From the NCBI RefSeq assembly GCF_002310835.1, contig NZ_CP011041.1, forward strand, positions 1,140,001 through 1,172,000: DNA of 32,000 nt. Direction: 5' to 3'. The position numbers were made by a program, and so were the translations under genes. Of the stretch, positions 24,869 to 32,000 are shown piece by piece (position 1 is the first letter of the stretch; each line of letters opens with the position of its first letter). The notes below the pieces were generated by a model. It was not told where the DNA came from, did no database searches, and worked only from the letters and a program-made list of their open reading frames with translations. This stretch comes from Pseudoalteromonas tetraodonis. Lineage in GTDB: Bacteria > Pseudomonadota > Gammaproteobacteria > Enterobacterales > Alteromonadaceae.

Positions 24869-27661
24869 ATGACTTTGCTCTGGATACCCCTGTTATCCTT
24901 ATTAGGCAGTGTTATTTCTGCATGCACCGGCAAACTTTCTCGAAATCAGGCAACGAGCCTAACGGCTATTGCGCCTTTAGCCGCGCTTGCAATTACACTT
25001 TATCATGCGCCTGCGGTTCTCGCGGGAGAAACCATTCGTTTTAGCGCGCAGTGGATACCTGCTTTAGGGCTGGATATTTCCTTACGCTTAGATGGATTGA
25101 GTTTACTGTTTTTATTTATGATTTTAGGAATAGGGCTGCTGGTTATTTTGTATGCCCGTTATTACCTAAGTCAAAACGATTCACTGCCAAAGCTATTTAG
25201 TTACTTAATGTTATTTATGACCGCCATGCTGGGCATTGTTATGTCAAACAATGTGATTCAGTTATGGGTATTTTGGGAGCTAACCAGTATTAGCTCGTTC
25301 TTGTTGATTAGTTACTGGTGGCATAAATCAGAGGCGCGCAAGGGGGCGCGTATGGCACTGGCGGTAACCGGTGCGGGTGGTTTAGCATTACTGGGCGGCT
25401 TAATGCTGCTAGGTGATATTGTTGGAAGCTACAACCTAGACACTATTTTAGCTAGCAAAGCGATTATTCAATCACATGATTTATACGAATTAGCGCTGGT
25501 GCTAGTATTACTAGGCGCCTTTACCAAGTCTGCACAATTTCCGTTTCATTTTTGGTTACCCCACGCCATGGCAGCACCTACGCCTGTTAGTGCCTATTTA
25601 CACTCTGCCACTATGGTAAAAGCGGGTATCTTTTTACTTGCGCGTTTTTATCCAGCACTGGCGGGAACCGACACTTGGTTTTTATTAGTCGGTTTGACGG
25701 GTTTAACTACACTTTTATTTGGCGCTTACATTGCGCTATTCAAACATGATTTAAAAGGCTTATTAGCCTATTCAACAATTAGTCATTTAGGCCTAATTAC
25801 TCTATTACTCGGCCTAGACACACAACTTGCAACCGTAGCCGCTATTTTTCATATTATTAACCATGCTACGTTTAAAGCGTCGTTATTTATGGCCACGGGT
25901 ATTATTGACCATGAAACCGGCACGCGTGATATGCGCAAACTCAATGGCATGTGGCGCTACTTACCTTATACAGCCACATTGGCGATGGTTGCTGCGGCGG
26001 CAATGGCTGGGGTGCCGCTATTAAATGGTTTCTTGTCAAAAGAAATGTTTTTTGCTGAAACACTGCATCAGCAAGTACTTGGCTCTATGTCGTGGTTAAT
26101 TCCTGTGCTGGCAACCGTTGCAGGTGCGCTGTCGGTAGCGTACTCATCTCGCTTTATTCATGACGTGTTCTTTAATGGTGAACCGATAGACTTACCACGC
26201 ACTCCTCATGAGGCACCACGTTATATGCGAGTGCCAATCGAAATTTTAGTGGTGCTGTGTATTTTAGTGGGGATTTTTCCGCACTTTGCAGTAGATGGTA
26301 TTTTATCGGCTGCCTCATTGGCGGTGCTTGGCCAAGCTATGCCTGAGTACAAGCTAACTATTTGGCACGGTTTCAATTTACCTCTACTTATGAGTGGTAT
26401 GGCGGTGATTGGTGGTTTATTTATTTACGTTAATCGTAAGTACTTGTTCCAGTTTCAGGCGTCGTTACCCCCTTTTAATGCTAAAAAAATATTCGAGCGT
26501 TTTTTAGCGGTTGTGGTTAATTGGTGTCAAAACAAAATCCAATCAACAGAAAATGGCTCATTACAACGCTATGTATTTATTATGTTAGGTGTTGTATTAC
26601 TTGCCTCAGGTTGGCCATTATTTGAAATGAAACAGCTAGCTGGCAGTGTACCTAACACCCCAGTTGATATTCAAAATGCTATAGGTGCAGGGCTATTGAT
26701 TATTGGTGCTATTGCTACCGTTATTTGGCATCGAATTCGGATGGTGTCGTTATTAATGCTGTCGATTGTGGGATTAATGGTGTCGGTAGCGTTTACACGT
26801 TTTTCAGCGCCTGACTTGGCCTTAACGCAACTTACAGTAGAAGTTGCGACCATCATATTATTAATGTTGGCACTGTTTTTCTTACCGCAAAGTACGCCAA
26901 GAGAGTCAAGCTCGTTGCGTATTTTACGTGATGTGGTTATTTCCTCTACGGTGGGGGTAATTATTGCTAGTATTTGTTATGCATTACTGACCCGTCCTCT
27001 TAATTCAATTTCTGAATTCTTTGTTGCTAATGCTAAAACAGGCGGTGGGGGTACTAACGTTGTTAACGTTATTTTAGTTGATTTTAGGGGCTTTGATACC
27101 TTAGGTGAAATCACCGTGTTAGGGATTGCAGCACTGGGTATATTTAAACTGTTATCAAGAATTCCGCTTTATATGCCAGCAAGCGACAGTGAAGGGCGCC
27201 CATGGTCTAAAGACCGTCACCCTATTTTATTGGCTTGTATTTCACAAAGCTTATTACCATTGGCGCTATTAGTATCCGCTTATATTTTCTTACGTGGTCA
27301 TAACTTACCGGGCGGTGGATTTATTGCCGGCCTAGTGACCTCTATTGCCTTTATTTTACAATATATGGCCCATGGTACTGCGTGGATTAATGAACGTTTT
27401 GATGTTAACTATCGAAAAATTATTGCATCAGGTATCGCTATCGCCATGTTTACGGGTGTCGGAAGTTGGTTCTTCGATAAACCATTCTTAACTACCTGGT
27501 TTGATTACTTTGATATTCCGTTTGTTGGTAAAACAGAGCTAGCTAGCGCCATTGTATTTGACTTGGGCGTGTACTTAACCGTCGTTGGCGCGACGCTAAT
27601 GATCCTTGCGAGCTTAGGTAATATGACAGCGAAAGCAGAGAAAGAAGAGGTAAATATTTAA
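24869..27661 (+). CDS. mrpA: Na+(K+)/H+ antiporter Mrp/Mnh/Pha subunit A fused to subunit B
   Basis: The 930-aa product has an N-terminal NuoL-like proton-pumping module ([48 protein letters not shown]). Its C-terminal MnhB-type blocks are [23 protein letters not shown] and [15 protein letters not shown]. The length is roughly MrpA plus MrpB. Confidence 0.9.
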   Translation: MTLLWIPLLSLLGSVISACTGKLSRNQATSLTAIAPLAALAITLYHAPAVLAGETIRFSAQWIPALGLDISLRLDGLSLLFLFMILGIGLLVILYARYYLSQNDSLPKLFSYLMLFMTAMLGIVMSNNVIQLWVFWELTSISSFLLISYWWHKSEARKGARMALAVTGAGGLALLGGLMLLGDIVGSYNLDTILASKAIIQSHDLYELALVLVLLGAFTKSAQFPFHFWLPHAMAAPTPVSAYLHSATMVKAGIFLLARFYPALAGTDTWFLLVGLTGLTTLLFGAYIALFKHDLKGLLAYSTISHLGLITLLLGLDTQLATVAAIFHIINHATFKASLFMATGIIDHETGTRDMRKLNGMWRYLPYTATLAMVAAAAMAGVPLLNGFLSKEMFFAETLHQQVLGSMSWLIPVLATVAGALSVAYSSRFIHDVFFNGEPIDLPRTPHEAPRYMRVPIEILVVLCILVGIFPHFAVDGILSAASLAVLGQAMPEYKLTIWHGFNLPLLMSGMAVIGGLFIYVNRKYLFQFQASLPPFNAKKIFERFLAVVVNWCQNKIQSTENGSLQRYVFIMLGVVLLASGWPLFEMKQLAGSVPNTPVDIQNAIGAGLLIIGAIATVIWHRIRMVSLLMLSIVGLMVSVAFTRFSAPDLALTQLTVEVATIILLMLALFFLPQSTPRESSSLRILRDVVISSTVGVIIASICYALLTRPLNSISEFFVANAKTGGGGTNVVNVILVDFRGFDTLGEITVLGIAALGIFKLLSRIPLYMPASDSEGRPWSKDRHPILLACISQSLLPLALLVSAYIFLRGHNLPGGGFIAGLVTSIAFILQYMAHGTAWINERFDVNYRKIIASGIAIAMFTGVGSWFFDKPFLTTWFDYFDIPFVGKTELASAIVFDLGVYLTVVGATLMILASLGNMTAKAEKEEVNI

Positions 27662-28008
27662 TGGAACTGTTATACGCATCTTGCGTTGGCGTGCTAGTCA
27701 CCTGTGGTGTGTTCTTATTATTAAGAGCGCGCACATTCCCAGTGGTATTGGGGCTGACAATGATTTCTTACGCGGTTAATTTGTTTTTATTCTCATCAGG
27801 GCGCTTAACTATCAATAAAGCGGTGGTACTTGGAACTGGCGCTGATTACGCCGATCCGCTGCCACAAGCCTTAGTATTAACAGCTATTGTGATAGGATTT
27901 GCCATGACTGCGTTTGTGGTTATTTTATCGATACGAGGGCGAGCAGATTTAGGGAATGATCATGTTGATGGCACCCTAACCAGAAGTAAACGCAAGGAGA
28001 GAAAATGA
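27661..28008 (+). CDS. mrpC: Mrp antiporter subunit C (NuoK-like)
   Basis: The 115-aa, 3-TM protein contains DPLPQALVLTAIVIGFA. Its start overlaps the mrpA stop (TAATG). Confidence 0.85.
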   Translation: MELLYASCVGVLVTCGVFLLLRARTFPVVLGLTMISYAVNLFLFSSGRLTINKAVVLGTGADYADPLPQALVLTAIVIGFAMTAFVVILSIRGRADLGNDHVDGTLTRSKRKERK

Positions 28009-29522
28009 TTCAGCATTTAGCATCTTTGCCTGTTTTAATGCCTATGCTAGCGGCAATCATTCTGCTACTGCCACCGTGTGGCAAAAGTTTATTTGCACGG
28101 CGATTAACTTCAAGCCTAATGGCTATTTTAACCTTTGTAATTACAGTATTACTGCTGGTTCAGGTTAAAGATAACGGGATTATTGTTTATGCAATCGGTA
28201 ACTGGTCAGCGCCGTTTGGTATTGTACTGGTAGCAGATATGCTCTCAACTTTACTGGTTACTTTAACCGCCTTTTTAGGTCTTGGTGTGGTTTTATATGG
28301 GTGTGCCGGCGATGACGAGCAAGGCAGCTTTTTCCATCCCTTGGTTCATTTTTTAATATTAGGGGTAAATGGTGCGTTTTTAACGGGCGATTTATTTAAC
28401 GTCTTTGTCTTTTTTGAAGTGTTACTAATTGCTTCTTATGCGCTATTAATGCACGGCGGCGGTAAACCAAAAACACGTGCAGCACTGCATTACGTTATTT
28501 TAAACTTGGTTGGCTCAAGTGTATTTTTAATCGGCTTAGGTATTTTATATGGGGTATTGGGTACCCTAAACATTGCTGATATGGCTAATAAAGTACCGCA
28601 GTTAACTGGTGATGATGTTTATTTAGCTAAAGCGGGCGGGTTACTATTGCTTGTAGTATTTGCCCTTAAAAGTGCACTATTACCACTGCATTTATGGCTC
28701 CCAAATGCCTATTCAAGTGCGACACCCGTGGTTGCTGCATTATTCGCGATTATGACCAAAGTAGGTGTTTACGCCACTTTACGCGTATATACAGTGGTAT
28801 TTGGTGAGCAAACCGGTGAACTTGAGCATATGGCGCAGTCTTGGCTATGGGCGTTGGCCATTGCTACCATAGTGATTGGGGCAATCGGGGTGTTGGCAGC
28901 ACAAGATTTACGTAAGCTTACCGCAAACTTAGTACTGGTTTCTGTGGGTACTTTAGTGGCACTGGTTGCACTTCAAAATATAAACGCCACAGCTGCACTA
29001 TTGTATTATTTGGTGCACTCAACGTTAGTGACTGCAGCACTATTTTTACTGGCTGATTTAATTGCAACTCAGCGAGGTAAAGCCGGCGACAGATTAGTTG
29101 GCGGACGCGCAGTTAAACAACCATTCTTGTTGGGAGCGTGTTTTATTATCGCTGGACTAACCGTCATAGGTATGCCGCCACTTTCAGGTTTTGTAGGTAA
29201 AATTTGGATTTTAAAAACCACCTTAAACAGTGAGCAAGCACTGGTATTTTGGCCTGTTTACTTAATTATGAGCTTAGCGTTAATTGTTGCTATATCACGT
29301 GCAGGCACGAGTTTGTTTTGGGAGCATAAAGACAAAGGCGGTGAGGCTGCTGATGTTGCTAATGCACATCCGTTGCAAGTTATCGTACTTGTTGGCCTGC
29401 TCACAAGCTCAATACTGTTGGTTGTTTTTGGTGATTTGGCAACGCAATATGCACTTGAAACAGCAACTCAACTTCATGATATTAGTGGTGGTATTAATGC
29501 GGTACTCAAGGGAGGTCTGTAA
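28005..29522 (+). CDS. mrpD: Mrp antiporter subunit D (NuoM/N-like)
   Basis: The 505-aa polytopic protein contains FVFFEVLLIASYALL and LPLHLWLPNAYSSATPVVAALFAIMTKVGVY. It overlaps mrpC by 4 nt (ATGA). Confidence 0.9.
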   Translation: MIQHLASLPVLMPMLAAIILLLPPCGKSLFARRLTSSLMAILTFVITVLLLVQVKDNGIIVYAIGNWSAPFGIVLVADMLSTLLVTLTAFLGLGVVLYGCAGDDEQGSFFHPLVHFLILGVNGAFLTGDLFNVFVFFEVLLIASYALLMHGGGKPKTRAALHYVILNLVGSSVFLIGLGILYGVLGTLNIADMANKVPQLTGDDVYLAKAGGLLLLVVFALKSALLPLHLWLPNAYSSATPVVAALFAIMTKVGVYATLRVYTVVFGEQTGELEHMAQSWLWALAIATIVIGAIGVLAAQDLRKLTANLVLVSVGTLVALVALQNINATAALLYYLVHSTLVTAALFLLADLIATQRGKAGDRLVGGRAVKQPFLLGACFIIAGLTVIGMPPLSGFVGKIWILKTTLNSEQALVFWPVYLIMSLALIVAISRAGTSLFWEHKDKGGEAADVANAHPLQVIVLVGLLTSSILLVVFGDLATQYALETATQLHDISGGINAVLKGGL

Positions 29523-30058
29523 TGCGCTTAGAAGCTCGTTTTCGTTGGTTACCCACACCGTTTCGTAGTCTATTTTTATTTATAGTATGGCTATTATTAA
29601 ATAACAGTGTGTCTGTAGGGCATATTATATTGGGTGCATTGTTAGCACTGCTTATTCCTTTATTTAGTATGTCGTTTAGAGATCCACAACCACTCATATT
29701 AAAGCCTGGCTTGGCGTTTAAGCAGTTACTTATTGTGCTTTACGATATTATTGTGGCTAATTTACAAGTGGCCTTATTAATACTGGGCCCTTCAAAAAAT
29801 TTACGTCCAGGTTTTGTTAAAGTGCCTATCGATTTAATGCATGAAATGCCAATTACTATTTTAGCTAGTTGTGTGTCTTTAACGCCGGGTACAGTCAGTG
29901 CTGAGGTTTATCCTCTCATTAAGTCACTTAATGAAGACGATGAACCGGCGCAGCGATATTTATTAATTCACGTGTTAGATTTAGATGATGAGCAAGCACT
30001 TATCAAACAAATTAAAGCACGCTACGAAGCTCCCCTAAAGGAGATATTTCAATGTTAG
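29522..30058 (+). CDS. mrpE: Mrp antiporter subunit E
   Basis: The call for this 178-aa membrane protein rests on position and size in the operon, the TAATG overlap with mrpD, and the TLTPGT-like block (SLTPGTVS). Confidence 0.8.
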   Translation: MRLEARFRWLPTPFRSLFLFIVWLLLNNSVSVGHIILGALLALLIPLFSMSFRDPQPLILKPGLAFKQLLIVLYDIIVANLQVALLILGPSKNLRPGFVKVPIDLMHEMPITILASCVSLTPGTVSAEVYPLIKSLNEDDEPAQRYLLIHVLDLDDEQALIKQIKARYEAPLKEIFQC

Positions 30059-30321
30059 ATACAGTATTACTGATTGTTTTTTCAATGGTTGGATTGTCAT
30101 TACTACTAAATCTATGGCGACTTATTATTGGTCCATCAGTACCAGATCGTATTTTGGCGCTCGATACAATGTACATTAACGTTATTGCATTGATTATTTT
30201 ATATAGCATCAGTATGGGAACAGGTTTATATTTTGAAGCCGCTTTGCTTATCGCAATGTTAGGCTTTATAAGTACGGTGGCAGTATGTAAGTATTTACTT
30301 CGTGGCGATATAATTGAGTAA
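30052..30321 (+). CDS. mrpF: Mrp antiporter subunit F
   Basis: The 89-aa, 3-TM protein contains GPSVPDRILALDT, the MnhF/PhaF-type motif. It overlaps mrpE by 7 nt. Confidence 0.85.
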   Translation: MLDTVLLIVFSMVGLSLLLNLWRLIIGPSVPDRILALDTMYINVIALIILYSISMGTGLYFEAALLIAMLGFISTVAVCKYLLRGDIIE

Positions 30322-30330
30322 GGTATTAAA

Positions 30331-30663
30331 ATGATAAGTGAATGGATCGTATCAATATTGCTGTTATTAGGTGGGCTCTTTATTTTAATTGGCTCTATTG
30401 GCTTAATTAAACTGCCGGACTTTTTTATGCGTTTACATGGGCCAACTAAAGCAACCACTTTAGGGATGGCAAGTATACTCACGGCTGCGATGGTATTTTT
30501 TGCCAATTCAGCTAGTGGCTTAAGCGTAAAAGAAATATTAATCACTATATTTTTATTAATCACGGCGCCCATTAGTGGTTATATGCTAATTAAAACCGCT
30601 ATTCATCATAAGTTAAAAGCCAAAGATGGAACGAAAGGACTCGATAATATCGAAAAAGATTAA
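30331..30663 (+). CDS. mrpG: Mrp antiporter subunit G
   Basis: The 110-aa protein contains GSIGLIKLPDFFMRLHGPTKATTLG, the MnhG/PhaG signature. Confidence 0.9.
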   Translation: MISEWIVSILLLLGGLFILIGSIGLIKLPDFFMRLHGPTKATTLGMASILTAAMVFFANSASGLSVKEILITIFLLITAPISGYMLIKTAIHHKLKAKDGTKGLDNIEKD

Positions 30664-30677
30664 CCCTAACAAACGAC

Positions 30678-30719
30678 AAAAAGCCGAATAATGGTAGTTA
30701 TTCGGCTTTTTGTTTTTTT
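30678..30719 (+). terminator. Rho-independent terminator of the mrp operon
   Basis: The stem AGCCGAATA/TATTCGGCT is flanked by AAAA and TTTTTGTTTTTTT. Confidence 0.8.
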
Positions 30720-30791
30720 GGTTGTTCCCATTTACAACACTTATTGAACATGTGAGTATGGCGTAAATTCAAATACAAAAAGGATATTAAT

Positions 30792-31289
30792 ATGGGTAAG
30801 GTATTACTTTTATCACTACTTATTTTTTCAACTAACTTATATGCAGCGCAAACTACTAAGCAACAAAAAATTGATGAGCTGGTAGAGGTGATGGATATGG
30901 ACGCCATGGTTGACTCTATGTATTCTCAAGTTGAGGGCATGATGCAAAATATGTCGGTGCAAATGGGTGTAAAGCCAGATGAAAAGCCAATATTTGATAA
31001 ATATTATGCCGATATGACTGAGGTGCTAAAAACCAAAATGAGCTGGCAAAAAATGCAGCCTATGATGGTTAACCTTTATGATAAGCAATTTAGTGAGCAA
31101 GAGATTAGCGATATGCTCGATTTTTATAAAACAGAGTCAGGGCAAGCTATTTTGAAAAAAATGCCACAGGTGATGCAAGCATCTATGCAAATGTCACAAT
31201 CTTTAGTGCAAGAAGCCATGCCTGAGATCCAAGCAATTGCTGGGCAGCTAGGTGAAGCACTTAAACAATCGCGTAGCGAAGCAAATTAA
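30792..31289 (+). CDS. Periplasmic DUF2059-like protein
   Basis: The 165-aa product has a signal peptide (LLLSLLIFSTNLYA-AQ), Met/Gln-rich helices and the block DMLDFYKTESGQAILKKMPQVM, which resembles the FY.s..G......P motif of DUF2059 as I recall it. Confidence 0.6.
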   Translation: MGKVLLLSLLIFSTNLYAAQTTKQQKIDELVEVMDMDAMVDSMYSQVEGMMQNMSVQMGVKPDEKPIFDKYYADMTEVLKTKMSWQKMQPMMVNLYDKQFSEQEISDMLDFYKTESGQAILKKMPQVMQASMQMSQSLVQEAMPEIQAIAGQLGEALKQSRSEAN

Positions 31290-31334
31290 ATTATTGTTAA
31301 CCTAACTCTTAGCAAAATAACGTCTACATTTTCT

Positions 31335-31358
31335 AGCAGTCACTATTTTGTGACTGCT
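31335..31358 (+). terminator. Hairpin after the DUF2059-like gene
   Basis: The stem AGCAGTCAC/GTGACTGCT (9 bp, 6-nt loop) is followed by a T/C-rich stretch rather than a clean T-run. Confidence 0.4.
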
Positions 31359-31438
31359 GTATTCTTCCTCTTCTTTAAGCAAACGTAATCACTTATTTAA
31401 TGTGCCGATAACGCATTCCCTGAGTTTTAAAATAGCGG

Positions 31439-31469
31439 TTGACCTGTGTGTTACACATAGGTTTATTAT
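31439..31469 (+). promoter_or_regulatory. MerR-type promoter/operator with a 19-bp spacer
   Basis: It has -35 TTGACC (31439-31444), a 19-nt spacer and -10 TATTAT (31464-31469). The imperfect inverted repeat ACCTGTGTG-TTA-CACATAGGT (8 of 9 positions complementary) spans the -35 element and the spacer. It lies directly upstream of the MerR-family gene. Confidence 0.65.
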
Positions 31470-31498
31470 ATCACTATTAAAACCCGATGGAGTGAGTT

Positions 31499-31936
31499 AT
31501 GTATGTTAAACAGCTAGCTAAAATCATGGAAGTGACCCAAGATACAGTGCGGCACTACACGCGTATAAAGTTACTTAACCCCATTCGTAGCCAAAGCAAT
31601 GGCTATCAAGTGTATACCGCTGCCGATCAACAGCGTTTAAAGTTTATTATTAGTGCACGGCAACTTGGTTTTTCTATTAAAGATATTCAGCAAATAGTTG
31701 CTCAGTCGGAGCAAGGGAATTGTCCGTGTCCACTGACACGACAATTAATAGCAAAGCGACTTGAAGAAACAGAGCGGCTATTTCAAGAAACACTCAAACT
31801 AAGAACGCGTATGCAAGCAGCGGTAAAACAGTGGGAAAACTCAAGCGATGGTGCCGCAAGTGCTGATATATGTAGTTTAATTGAGACCTTTGTAGATCCC
31901 CTTAACGAACAAGTTAGTTCCGAGGAAACAAAATGA
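31499..31936 (+). CDS. MerR family heavy-metal-responsive transcriptional regulator (ZntR/CadR-like)
   Basis: The 145-aa product has an N-terminal wHTH (LAKIMEVTQDTVRHYTRIKLL), the RLKFIISARQLGFSIKDI block shared with ZntR/CueR, and Cys75, Cys77 and Cys125. Its stop overlaps the start of the metal ATPase (ATGA). Confidence 0.8.
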   Translation: MYVKQLAKIMEVTQDTVRHYTRIKLLNPIRSQSNGYQVYTAADQQRLKFIISARQLGFSIKDIQQIVAQSEQGNCPCPLTRQLIAKRLEETERLFQETLKLRTRMQAAVKQWENSSDGAASADICSLIETFVDPLNEQVSSEETK

Positions 31937-32000
31937 GCAACAATAAAGACACAGTGCAAAATTTTATAATTGAAGGCGCCAATTGCGGCAGCTGCGTCGC
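31933..32000 (+). CDS. Heavy-metal translocating P-type ATPase, N-terminal fragment (continues beyond the window)
   Basis: The translation MSNNKDTVQNFIIEGANCGSCV contains a CxxC metal-binding (HMA) motif at the expected N-terminal position. The gene is translationally coupled to the MerR gene. Confidence 0.6.
   Translation, partial: MSNNKDTVQNFIIEGANCGSCV

Noticed and set aside
30012-30572. A 186-aa minus-strand ORF covering mrpF and mrpG.
   Set aside because: It is antisense to two well-supported, motif-bearing Mrp subunits within a tightly coupled operon. Long antisense ORFs are common opposite AT-rich membrane-protein genes.

Overview
This window looks like a core chromosomal segment of a marine gammaproteobacterium. 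Gene content and the AT-rich third codon positions suggest Alteromonadales, possibly Pseudoalteromonas-like, but that taxon call is inference only. The centre is the conserved superoperon metY(tRNA-fMet)-rimP-nusA-infB-rbfA-truB-rpsO-pnp-nlpI (12.9-23.5 kb). Upstream are an HD-GYP fragment, epmC, a GGDGT kinase-fold gene, yfcL, an AbgT-family transporter, a low-GC orphan membrane gene, deaD, grxA, ibpA, a three-gene secreted zinc-phospholipase-C-like operon and an FeS-BCP photolyase/cryptochrome-family gene. Downstream are an HExxHxxGxxD protein overlapping the nlpI 3-prime end, a six-gene Mrp/Mnh cation:proton antiporter operon with fused A/B subunit, a DUF2059-like periplasmic protein, and a MerR-family regulator overlapping the start of a heavy-metal P-type ATPase that runs off the window. 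I found no CRISPR array, transposase, integrase, prophage gene or recognisable defence system. I cannot name a clear novel system. The best candidates for undescribed biology are: (1) the PLC-like, parvulin-like and coiled-coil operon at 8.3-11.1 kb; (2) the metzincin-like protein coupled to nlpI at 23.4-24.6 kb; (3) the low-GC orphan membrane gene and its 376-bp AT-rich flank at 4.3-5.3 kb; (4) the epmC / kinase-like / yfcL cluster. All homology statements rest on motifs recalled from memory, not on database searches.
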